Shown here: positions 1 to 7,758 of the stretch, one piece after another
Layout of the letters: each line of letters starts with the position of its first letter
Position numbering within the stretch: position 1 is the first letter of the stretch
NCBI GenBank assembly: GCA_009694965.1
Contig: SIBV01000003.1
Location: 1 to 37,284, forward strand
DNA length: 37,284 nucleotides
DNA from: Candidatus Zambryskiibacteriota bacterium
Lineage (GTDB): Bacteria > Patescibacteriota > Minisyncoccia > Phycocordibacterales > DATDWN01
Direction of reading: 5' to 3'
The notes under the pieces: generated by a model
Told to the model about the DNA's origin: nothing
Database searches by the model: none
What the model saw: the letters and a program-made list of their open reading frames with translations, nothing else
Made by a program: the position numbers and the translations under genes

Positions 1-116
1 ATTCGAAAGACGGAGCGACTCCTGTTTTAGTAAAAACAGGACGCGAGTCAGGGTCGCGGAAATTTCTGAGCGTCGGCGAAGAAATTATCTGTGACCGAGA
101 TACACTTCCTCCGCCA
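1..116 (+). repeat. Two-hairpin interspersed repeat unit, cut by the window start, ending in a tRNA-3'-end-like CTTCCTCCGCCA
   Basis: GACGGAG-[CCTGTTTT..AAAACAGG]-CGCGAGTCAGGGTCGCGGAAATTT-[hairpin]-AAATTATC aligns with the reverse complement of 5795-5985. Confidence 0.65.
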
Positions 117-151
117 AAACAAAAACGCTTGTTACAAGCGTTTTTGTTTTG
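115..151. terminator. Rho-independent terminator-like hairpin, probably bidirectional
   Basis: CAAAACAAAAACGCTTGT-T-ACAAGCGTTTTTGTTTTG, perfect 18-bp inverted repeat with A/T tracts. Confidence 0.7.
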
Positions 152-164
152 CTATAATAGCCTC

Positions 165-563
165 ATGATAACTAAAAACCCATCACTACTTTTAGCCAGA
201 CTCGCACTATTAGTAGTCTACTTTTGGTTTGGACTTCTCAAAGTTCTCGGTATGAGTCCTGGAAGCGAAATGGTTGAAAAAATACTGGGGATGACTATGC
301 CATTCTTCCTGTTCTCTACGTTTATTATTTTGTTTGGACTCTTTGAGATGCTAATCGGAATACTATTTCTAATCCCAAAATGGGAAAAATTTGCGGTAGG
401 ACTATTTGCTCTTCATATGTTTACCACGACACTCCCCCTCTTCTTTATGGGTGAGGTGTGGACCTCAATGTTTGTGCCAACTTTGGAGGGACAGTATATT
501 GTAAAAAACTTGGCGCTAATAGCCTGTGCTGCGTGTATTTATACTTCAACTAGAAACGACTAG
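165..563 (+). CDS. DoxX-family membrane protein
   Basis: RLAL..YFWFGLLK, GLFEMLIG and EGQYIVKN motifs, about 4 TM helices; start moved to ATG 165, which has TATAAT 6 nt upstream. Confidence 0.75.
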   Translation: MITKNPSLLLARLALLVVYFWFGLLKVLGMSPGSEMVEKILGMTMPFFLFSTFIILFGLFEMLIGILFLIPKWEKFAVGLFALHMFTTTLPLFFMGEVWTSMFVPTLEGQYIVKNLALIACAACIYTSTRND

Positions 564-584
564 TTGTTGTGATAGAATTAACCT

Positions 585-1040
585 ATGGAAAAACTCTCTT
601 GGGAAACTATCGAATACCTACATACAGAAAAAACTTCTGATTGGTATTGGATTGTGGGAATAATTACTATTTCTATTGCACTAATTTCAATAATACTAAA
701 TAACGTTATATTCGCACTGCTTATTATAGTCGCATCCTTTACCCTCTCACTTTTTGCCTCTCGTCGACCAGAAAAAATAAAAATCGAAATAAGTAACTCC
801 GGCGTTCAGGTAGGTAAAACAAAATATTCATATCATGAGTTAGAATCTTTTTGGGTTGAAACGCGTGAAGTTCACCACAGAGTACTGCTGAAATCCAAGG
901 CTATCTTGAAACCATATGTTGTGATTTTTATTGAAGACATCGATCCTGAGGAACTTCGAACCTTGCTCGCTCAGTATTTGCAGGAAGAAGAACATAGCGA
1001 ACCTCTACTCGAAAAACTTTTGTTGTATTTTGGTTTCTAG
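585..1040 (+). CDS. Conserved CPR-type membrane protein (2 TM plus PH-like C-terminal domain, DUF5673-like)
   Basis: W...EY...EK..DWYW start, two hydrophobic helices, Y.Y.EL.SFW motif; TAGAAT 6 nt upstream of ATG. Confidence 0.65.
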   Translation: MEKLSWETIEYLHTEKTSDWYWIVGIITISIALISIILNNVIFALLIIVASFTLSLFASRRPEKIKIEISNSGVQVGKTKYSYHELESFWVETREVHHRVLLKSKAILKPYVVIFIEDIDPEELRTLLAQYLQEEEHSEPLLEKLLLYFGF

Positions 1041-1045
1041 AATTG

Positions 1046-1117
1046 TGCTCCCGTGAGGAATCGAACCTCAATCACAAACTCCGCAAGTTCGCATTCTATC
1101 CGTTGAACTACGGGAGC
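1046..1117 (-). tRNA. tRNA-Arg(GCG), CCA not encoded
   Basis: Reverse complement folds as a cloverleaf: GCTCCCG/CGGGAGC acceptor, CGAAC-TTGCGGA-GTTTG anticodon arm, GGTTCGATTCC T arm. Confidence 0.92.
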
Positions 1118-1138
1118 GATATTTATTTTATTAAGATA

Positions 1139-1756
1139 TCATATAATGTCATGATTACCTATTTGCTTTTGAATAGCGTACCCTATGGCTAAAATCTCCT
1201 TTCTAATATCACTACTTAAATAGCACAAACTACATATACCCATAAAATTCTTCCTGAATCTTTTTTTTCGACTTCTTTTTTTTATTGTAGTTGCATTAAA
1301 TTGTGCCTCTGGAATATGTAATAAATTAGACCAAAATTGTTTTGTTTTTTTAACTGGATGATAATAATGTAACTGTAAATAAATACGAAATCTAGCCTCA
1401 TTTATTTCATAGCAATTTCTTAATAAAGATGCAAAAAGATCAATTAACTTTGGATCAGTGTTAGTAAATTTCAATCCACTTATTCTTTCGTGTTTTGAAC
1501 CTTCGGCCCAATATAGCATTGCTAAAAGAGATTTCTGAAAATCTTTAGACTTAAGTGGATAAGATGATACTTCCTCTTCAATACTAATTCTAATTTTTTC
1601 TAATCCATCAAGCCTTATTTTAGTTTTCATTCTTCCTGCTAAAGGTCGAATTTTTGCTAAATGTTCAGCCATCGCTTTTTTATCAAAAGGCATGCCCAAT
1701 TCCTTACCAAACCAATCAGAAAGAGTTCTCTTGGGTGCTTGGTTAATCTGGATGAG
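1139..1756 (-). pseudogene. tRNA-adjacent LAGLIDADG-like protein (LYWAEGxK / FTNTDP family), apparently 5'-truncated inside its HTH
   Basis: LYWAEGSK..LKFTNTDP..FWS motifs. The frame stays open upstream of the TTG at 1699 (..APKRTLSDWFGKE, resembling an HTH recognition helix) until TAA at 1757-1759, with no further start codon. A shorter protein from 1699/1693 remains possible. Confidence 0.6.
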
Positions 1757-1893
1757 TTATTAAAAATAAAAATGAATCACTCACGCCCTCACGGGACGAG
1801 GTATCCGGGAAAGATTTTGCTTTCGCAAAATCCTTGATTCGCTCGGACTCACTCTATCCCACGGGCTGACGCCACAGGGAATTGTTGTGGATT

Positions 1894-1929
1894 AAATCAA
1901 AAACCACTCCAGAGAGTGGTTTTTGATTT
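1894..1929 (-). terminator. Terminator of rpsT
   Basis: AAATCAAAAACCACTC-CAGA-GAGTGGTTTTTGATTT perfect 16-bp stem at the rpsT stop. Confidence 0.8.
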
Positions 1930-2189
1930 TAGGCTTTCTTGATCATCGCACTGATTCTAGATTTCTTTCTAGATGCTGTGTTTTGCTTTAGTAAACCAGT
2001 TTTTACTGACTTATCTAGAATTTTTTGTACTTCTGGCATGAAGTCACGAGCTTCCTTCATCTTCTTTTCAGAGATAAGTTTCTTCACTTTCTTCAGTGCT
2101 TTGTTTATAAGCTCCTTCTTATTTAGGTTGAAATTTCGCTTTCTTTGTGAACCTCTTAGGGCTTTTTTGGCTGATGTTGTAATAGGCAT
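1929..2189 (-). CDS. rpsT: 30S ribosomal protein S20
   Basis: MPITTSAKKALR..N..K; LDKSVKTGLLKQNTASRKKSR. Confidence 0.97.
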   Translation of the reverse strand: MPITTSAKKALRGSQRKRNFNLNKKELINKALKKVKKLISEKKMKEARDFMPEVQKILDKSVKTGLLKQNTASRKKSRISAMIKKA

Positions 2190-2256
2190 GTGTCGTATCC
2201 TATATTAAACCAAGAAATAAATCAAATACCGAAAAATATAGGTGGAATTTTGCCTG

Positions 2257-2291
2257 CCCCGTAGTGAAGCTTCTTGCTTCTACTACTGGGG
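2257..2291. repeat. Bulged REP-like palindrome upstream of ruvA
   Basis: CCCCGTAGT-GAAGC-TTCTT-GCTTC-T-ACTAC-T-GGGG; homologous to 14040-14074. Confidence 0.7.
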
Positions 2292-2312
2292 TAAATAGAG
2301 TATTATAGAACC

Positions 2313-2900
2313 ATGATTGGCTACCTAAAGGGCACGTTACTGCATCAAGACTTGAAGTCTGTGATTCTTGATGTAGGAGGTGTGGGCTACAAAATCTATA
2401 CAAATACAGCCTTTTTGTCTTTGCCGAAGCTTGGCCTCGGCGATAAATCATATAAGGCGCAAGCTTCGACAGCATTCTGGACGTATTTAGCTGTTAGAGA
2501 AACTGCACTCGACCTGTATGGTTTCAACACAAAAGACGAGCTACATTTCTTTGAACTACTTATTTCTGTTTCTGGTATTGGGCCAAAATCTGCAATGGGA
2601 ATACTCTCGATTGCATCCGTTCAAAACCTCAGGCATGCCATTGTATCAGGAGACACAAGTCACCTTACAAAAGTTTCTGGTATAGGAAAAAAGAACGCTG
2701 AAAAAATTGTGATTGAACTCAAAGATAAACTAGAAGGTCTGAGTACTGACATGACGGAATCCATGCATGGTGATGTTGACGCTATTGAAGCACTCAAAGC
2801 TCTAGGTTACGGTGAACGTGAAGCGAGAGAAGCTTTGAAAAAAGCTGAGGGAGAGACCACAGAAAAGAAAGTTCGGTCTGCATTAAAAAAATTATCATGA
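2313..2900 (+). CDS. ruvA: Holliday junction branch migration protein RuvA
   Basis: MIGYLKG, DVGGVGY, LYGF, LISVSGIGPK, GIGKKNAEKIVIELKDK, ALKALGY. Confidence 0.97.
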   Translation: MIGYLKGTLLHQDLKSVILDVGGVGYKIYTNTAFLSLPKLGLGDKSYKAQASTAFWTYLAVRETALDLYGFNTKDELHFFELLISVSGIGPKSAMGILSIASVQNLRHAIVSGDTSHLTKVSGIGKKNAEKIVIELKDKLEGLSTDMTESMHGDVDAIEALKALGYGEREAREALKKAEGETTEKKVRSALKKLS

Positions 2901-3007
2901 TACTAATATACGAATGTAACGAATGATACGAATGGTTACGAATAAGAAAAATCAAGAAGCATTCATTCGTAGACATTTGTAGATTAGTATTATTCGTATA
3001 TTCGTAT
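2901..3007. repeat. Inverted short-tandem-repeat hairpin, (TACGAAT)n...(ATTCGTA)n family, copy 1
   Basis: About five ACGAAT-like units followed by about five ATTCGT-like units. Confidence 0.8.
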
Positions 3008-3021
3008 GTTTAACTAAAACT

Positions 3022-3918
3022 ATGCCTGAATTACCTGAAGTTGAAAATCTAAGGCTAGGTCTGGAGCGCTATATTCTCGGACAAAAAATATTAAAAGTTA
3101 AAATTAATAAACCTAAACTTGTCTCAGGTAAGGGCAACGCTCGCGTTGCATCCTCCAAAAAAGTCAGCGAATTTATAAATGGTCTCACTAAAGAGAAATT
3201 TATAGCAGTAGAAAGGAGGGCGAAAAATTTAATTTTTAAACTAAGTAACGATAAGATGATTTTAGCTCACCTTAAGATGAGCGGGCAATTTGTATATAAA
3301 GGCAAAAACAAAAAAAGTGTAATAGGTGGTCATCCTATAGAAATTTCTGAAAAAGTTTTACCTAATAAGCACACTCATATTATCTTTGAATTAAATGATG
3401 GGGTTCTGTACTACAACGACACAAGAATGTTTGGCTATGCCCTTTATTACCCAAATGTCGAACAATTTGAAAAAGGAAATCATTTTGAAAACCTAGGCAA
3501 AGAACCGCTTGATAAAAGTTTTACGGCTAAGTATTTTTTTGAATCCCTTAAAAGCAAAAGGAGTAAAATTAAAAGCGTTCTAATGGGCCAAGAAGTGGTT
3601 GTTGGAGTTGGTAATATTTATACTGACGAAAGCCTCTTTGAGGCTGGCATCCTACCTACCCGTTCTGCCCAAAGTCTAAATTTGAATGAAGTCACCAAAC
3701 TTCATAAAGCTATTATTAGAATAATATCCAAAGCAATTAAAGTAGGTGGCTCCTCTGTGGCTACCTACCGTCTCTTGGATGAAAGCCAAGGCAATTATGC
3801 TCGGGAACACAAAGTTTACGGCAAGTCCGGCAAAAACTGCCCCCGCTGCGCTTCCTCTCTTCAAAAAATCCTTATCCAGACACGAACGACAATTTTTTGC
3901 CCAAATTGCCAAAGATAA
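3022..3918 (+). CDS. mutM: Formamidopyrimidine-DNA glycosylase
   Basis: MPELPEVE, RRAK, HLKMSG, GVGNIY.DE, C-terminal CPRC..CPNCQ zinc finger. Confidence 0.97.
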   Translation: MPELPEVENLRLGLERYILGQKILKVKINKPKLVSGKGNARVASSKKVSEFINGLTKEKFIAVERRAKNLIFKLSNDKMILAHLKMSGQFVYKGKNKKSVIGGHPIEISEKVLPNKHTHIIFELNDGVLYYNDTRMFGYALYYPNVEQFEKGNHFENLGKEPLDKSFTAKYFFESLKSKRSKIKSVLMGQEVVVGVGNIYTDESLFEAGILPTRSAQSLNLNEVTKLHKAIIRIISKAIKVGGSSVATYRLLDESQGNYAREHKVYGKSGKNCPRCASSLQKILIQTRTTIFCPNCQR

Positions 3919-3972
3919 GTTTTGTAACAGTAACACTACTGCAATATGCTCTAAAAGTGATAGAATATAGAC

Positions 3973-4845
3973 ATGCAAGGCATAGTCATTCTACTAGGAA
4001 TTATAGCTATTGGACTCTTTGGTGGGAGCAAGGGAGCTGGAAATAATGGCCTGTTCTCAACTGGTGCTCCAACCCCTGAACAAAAAAAAGCGAGTATAGA
4101 GTTCCAAATACGGGACGCCCAAGTAAAAGTCGACGAGCTTCAAAAACAAATCAAGACCGCAGAAGAGAATAAAAACGCCTCGATTTACAAAGGTGATGTC
4201 ACTTTGAACTATGGCAGTAGATCGACTGACCCTGGACAAGAATACCTAACTATAAAAGTCAGTAGCGGTGGCAACAAAAACATTCTAGTTACTGGATGGC
4301 AAGTAAAAAGCCTAGCTAGCGGAAACTCTGTGACGATTCCGAAAGGCACATATTTATTCTTCACGGAGACTATTAACTCGGAAGAAGATATCCGTCTTAC
4401 AGGGGGTGACACCTTATATCTTGTAACTGGCTCATCTCCGAACGGAGCTAGTTTCAAATCCAACAAATGTTCAGGATACCTAACTCAATTCCAAACTTTT
4501 ATACCTTATATAAATAACATCTGTCCTTCACCTAAAAACGAAAATCTGTCCTCAATACCCCGACGCGTTATAAACGATGCGTGTTTTGACTATATTGATT
4601 ACTTCCCTACTTGCAGAATACAGACTGAACCGCTTCCTCAAAATTGGAGTTCCGAGTGTTACAGTTTTATCTATGACAAAATTAACTATCCATCTTGTGT
4701 AAATGTGCACAAAAGCGATGCGGACTTCTACCAGCCAGAATGGAGAGTTTACCTCAAGCGCTCAGAAAGACTCTGGAAAAACTCCAAAGAAACTATAGTC
4801 TTGTATGACAGCACAGGCAAAGTAGTAGATACAATAAAAAATTAG
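3973..4845 (+). CDS. Secreted or anchored Cys-rich protein with lamin-tail-like motifs
   Basis: N-terminal hydrophobic segment and coiled coil; EYLTI..VTGW.VK and LWKNSKETIVLYDSTGKVVD motifs flank a 6-Cys region. Confidence 0.6.
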   Translation: MQGIVILLGIIAIGLFGGSKGAGNNGLFSTGAPTPEQKKASIEFQIRDAQVKVDELQKQIKTAEENKNASIYKGDVTLNYGSRSTDPGQEYLTIKVSSGGNKNILVTGWQVKSLASGNSVTIPKGTYLFFTETINSEEDIRLTGGDTLYLVTGSSPNGASFKSNKCSGYLTQFQTFIPYINNICPSPKNENLSSIPRRVINDACFDYIDYFPTCRIQTEPLPQNWSSECYSFIYDKINYPSCVNVHKSDADFYQPEWRVYLKRSERLWKNSKETIVLYDSTGKVVDTIKN

Positions 4846-5321
4846 ACTCCGAGAATTCGAAATAATGCTGTTCCAAAAGCAACAGAAACATTCAAGGATT
4901 CTTTATCGCCTTTCATAGGAATTTCTGCAACAATGTCACATAAAGATAAAATATCTTTATCTATTCCTTCTACCTCATTCCCAACTACAAACAAAACTCG
5001 CTTACCAGTTTTTACCTTTTTATAATCAACGGAATTTTTTGATTGTTCTATTCCTATTATTTCTATTTTTTTATTTTTCAATTTTTTAATTAGCTTTTTT
5101 GCGTCTTTCACATATTCCCAAGGTATGGTTTTTTCAGCCCCTAGTGAGACCTTGCTCACATCTTTTCTCGGCCTATTGAACTTATCAGTGGGAGTAGGTG
5201 TGTAGCCCGATAAGTAAATCTTTGTAACACCTAGGGCGTCACTCGTTCTGAAAATAGACCCAACATTATGGGTACTGCGAATATTATAGAGCAAGACGAC
5301 AACCTCTCTTTTCTTTTTCAT
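4842..5321 (-). CDS. SpoU/TrmH-family RNA 2'-O-methyltransferase
   Basis: NIRSTHNVGSIFRTSDA, VGNEVEG, EIPMKGDKESLNVSVAFG SPOUT motifs. Confidence 0.92.
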   Translation of the reverse strand: MKKKREVVVLLYNIRSTHNVGSIFRTSDALGVTKIYLSGYTPTPTDKFNRPRKDVSKVSLGAEKTIPWEYVKDAKKLIKKLKNKKIEIIGIEQSKNSVDYKKVKTGKRVLFVVGNEVEGIDKDILSLCDIVAEIPMKGDKESLNVSVAFGTALFRILGV

Positions 5322-5339
5322 TTCCTGAATATATCATAG

Positions 5340-5391
5340 ATTTCAAATCATCATATCTTACGATATATCGTAAGATATGATGATTTGAAAT
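5340..5391. repeat. Perfect 52-bp palindrome with no spacer, between divergent genes
   Basis: ATTTCAAATCATCATATCTTACGATA|TATCGTAAGATATGATGATTTGAAAT is its own reverse complement. Confidence 0.95.
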
Positions 5392-5419
5392 TTGAAATTA
5401 AAAATTGTACAATGTAGAC

Positions 5420-5773
5420 ATGAATACACTTTCAATATTTCCAGACCTTCTAACTTTCAACCTTTTGGCGCCAGCACTTCTCCGATTGGCCTGTGGTTTA
5501 TTTTTATTATATTTAGGTTGGGAAAGATACAAAAAACCGTACAAATGGTCACTCTTTGCATATGTAATTGTTGGAATATTACTAATTCTAGGACTATACA
5601 CTCAAATCGCAGTAATTGTCGCACTTATAATCTTAAAATTTGATTTTTGGGAAAGTAGAAAAACCACTTCCATTTCTAGAGAAAAATATATTCTCCAAGT
5701 AATGGTAAATGTCGTGCTTATTTCACTATTATTTACGGGACCGGGGTTCTTGGCTTTTGATTTACCGTTGTAG
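5420..5773 (+). CDS. DoxX-like small membrane protein
   Basis: LLRLACG, GILLILGLYTQIA, LLFTGPGFLAFD; ATG 5420 has TACAAT 6 nt upstream. Confidence 0.7.
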   Translation: MNTLSIFPDLLTFNLLAPALLRLACGLFLLYLGWERYKKPYKWSLFAYVIVGILLILGLYTQIAVIVALIILKFDFWESRKTTSISREKYILQVMVNVVLISLLFTGPGFLAFDLPL

Positions 5774-5794
5774 AGACTACGGCCGGCACATGTG

Positions 5795-5985
5795 TCCTGG
5801 ATAATTTTTTCGTCGTCACTCAAAAATTTCCTCGGACTCTGACCTCGCGACCAAGTCTTTTGACTTGGTACCCGCTCCGGTCCGCAGACCTGTGCACTTC
5901 GGATAATTTCAATTCCGTCGAATTGAAATTTCCTTCGGCCCACGACTCGGCCGTTTTTCGTACTCGAAAAACATGTCTCCGTCGC
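5795..5985 (-). repeat. Two tandem copies of the two-hairpin repeat unit downstream of tRNA-Lys
   Basis: Reverse complement gives GACGGAG-[hp]-CCGAGTCGTGGGCCGAAGGAAATTT-[hp]-AAATTATCC, then GACCGGAG-[hp]-CGCGAGGTCAGAGTCCGAGGAAATTT-[hp]-AAATTATCC. Confidence 0.7.
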
Positions 5986-6032
5986 GCACTAGTACGAAAA
6001 AATCCCATGCAGATGGGATTTGTTTCGACTAG

Positions 6033-6105
<73 letters not shown>

Positions 6106-6231
6106 AAAATATTATGATAACTATAAAAATATACCAGAAAAATGTACAATGTCCAACTAGACTTATATTCAATAGACTAGCATCATCTCAAATCCCTCTG
6201 ACAAATGCAATAATCTTTCTAAACTTATTAC

Positions 6232-6320
6232 AAAATTCAATTCGACGGAATTGAATTTACCCTAAGTACACAGGTATGCGGACCGGAGAAAAGTTTTTGA
6301 CGAAAAACTTTTACTCGCGG
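6232..6320 (+). repeat. Partial copy of the two-hairpin repeat, inverted relative to 5875-5931
   Basis: 6232-6288 is the reverse complement of 5875-5931 with about 6 mismatches over 57 nt. Confidence 0.8.
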
Positions 6321-6359
6321 AAGATTCCTTTATTCTATGAAACCTAATTTTGACGAAAA

Positions 6360-6385
6360 AATGCAGTCACCCATGTGACTGCATT
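6360..6385 (-). terminator. Terminator-like hairpin after the 6384-6641 ORF
   Basis: AATGCAGTCAC-CCAT-GTGACTGCATT followed by a T-run on the minus strand. Confidence 0.65.
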
Positions 6386-6641
6386 AGAGAAAACCTCCTT
6401 TCACATCCTCGTATCTCAGCTTAAAACGTTTGATGGGTTTTTTTGGTTTTGGCTCACTTCCATGTGAGAAAATACGAATTTCCATTTTCTTGTTTCTACC
6501 TTGGACAACTGACCGATTACAGTTCATCCGAAGTGCGATTACATCAAAACTGAGATCCGAATCACACCTTAAGAGTTGGTCCATTCTTTGCAACTCTTCG
6601 TTAGTCAGTGGTTTACGTTTTGCTTTGCCTTTTGTGCTCAA
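6384..6641 (-). CDS. Small basic hypothetical protein with possible HTH
   Basis: LSFDVIALRMNCNRSVV resembles an HTH; GGGGAG upstream of the TTG start; followed by a terminator. Confidence 0.5.
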   Translation of the reverse strand: MSTKGKAKRKPLTNEELQRMDQLLRCDSDLSFDVIALRMNCNRSVVQGRNKKMEIRIFSHGSEPKPKKPIKRFKLRYEDVKGGFL

Positions 6642-6689
6642 TTCAAGCTCCCCTGCCCAATATTACAATAAAACAGGTTTCCGTCCAAT

Positions 6690-6710
6690 CCCCGCAGCAA
6701 GCTGACGGGG
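6690..6710. repeat. Short GC-rich bulged palindrome (REP or IS200/IS605-end-like)
   Basis: CCCCG-CAGC-AA-GCTG-A-CGGGG; a similar decayed hairpin lies at 1858-1879. Confidence 0.5.
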
Positions 6711-6852
6711 TATTTGGCGGACAACATCAGGGCTGTTATTTTGGTATAGGAGGCGGCTCCGCCGCCACTACTACACGAATCTCATCCTCGTGGCAGAGCC
6801 AGCAGGTTTCTTGGCTTCCAATAAACATGAAATGTGTCAATTATATTATATT

Positions 6853-7566
6853 TTACAACCCTAAAACCCACTTCTCAAGGATTATGGACAGCTCTCCTTC
6901 ACCACTTCTAACCCTATGGGTCATATTCACAAGTTGACTAGATAATTTTTGTAATTCTTCGGTCTTGTATTTCCTAGATCCAGTTAAGGCGTTTTTATAA
7001 ACAAACGGCGAAAGTCCCGTTTCTGATTGACTCTCTGCCTTACTTGCAAGAATCATGCTTTTTATCTGCCAAAAAAATATACCGTGTATTTCCTCTGGCA
7101 CAGCCCCTTTTTCCAAGAATCCAATATAATCAATCCATAAATTCTTCTTGTCTTTTCCAAGTAGTCCGTCAGTTATGGCAAAGAGGTTGTAGCTAGGTTT
7201 TTTTGATTCACTTTTTGAAAACACTTGAACTTGCTTTGCCACCTTTTCAATCTTTTTCAAACTAGGAGCATCTACTGCCCCTTCAAGCATAATAAAAATC
7301 TGCTCAGATATAGCCAGATTTTCTAGTCTATCTATTATAAAATTTTTAGAGTCTTTTTTTTCAAAAAGATTATCGAGAACAATGGTGTAGCGCGGATCAA
7401 ATAACCCTTGGGAAACGAGTAGCTCATCAAACTGCTCCTCACTCCAGTTCTCGGTTGTTATTTTGAAAAGCTCAGCTCCTGGGCGCTTCTTCTCCGCAAT
7501 ATTCAAAAGCTCATGGAGTTTCGCTCTAGATTTATAAGTATCTGTTCCGTATATCAGATATAACAT
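6853..7566 (-). CDS. holA: DNA polymerase III delta subunit (short form)
   Basis: MLYLIYGTD, SQGLF, NLFAITD.L, LEKWVL; adjacent to polA. Confidence 0.8.
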   Translation of the reverse strand: MLYLIYGTDTYKSRAKLHELLNIAEKKRPGAELFKITTENWSEEQFDELLVSQGLFDPRYTIVLDNLFEKKDSKNFIIDRLENLAISEQIFIMLEGAVDAPSLKKIEKVAKQVQVFSKSESKKPSYNLFAITDGLLGKDKKNLWIDYIGFLEKGAVPEEIHGIFFWQIKSMILASKAESQSETGLSPFVYKNALTGSRKYKTEELQKLSSQLVNMTHRVRSGEGELSIILEKWVLGL

Positions 7567-7624
7567 TGTAATTGGTTAACTAACCCTCATCTAGTTGTTG
7601 TAGTTCAATTCTACCATCTTCATC

Positions 7625-7758
7625 TAGATTAAAAAACTTCGTTGAAATCATTTATTTTTTGGAGACTTCGGACCACTGGTGCGAGACTGAGCGAAAATTC
7701 AGTGGAATTTATCGCGTGCTCCAAAAAATAAATGTTGAGAAAGAAGTTTTTTAATCTA
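7625..7758. repeat. Long nested hairpin overlapping the polA stop
   Basis: Outer 16-bp stem TAGATTAAAAAACTTC/GAAGTTTTTTAATCTA and inner 16-bp stem CATTTATTTTTTGGAG/CTCCAAAAAATAAATG; related to 17033-17152. Confidence 0.75.

Noticed and set aside
1780-1880. Possible tRNA remnant or ncRNA between the LAGLIDADG-like gene and rpsT
   Set aside because: It contains small hairpins (GATTTTGC-TTTC-GCAAAATC) but I could not fold a cloverleaf or match a second copy
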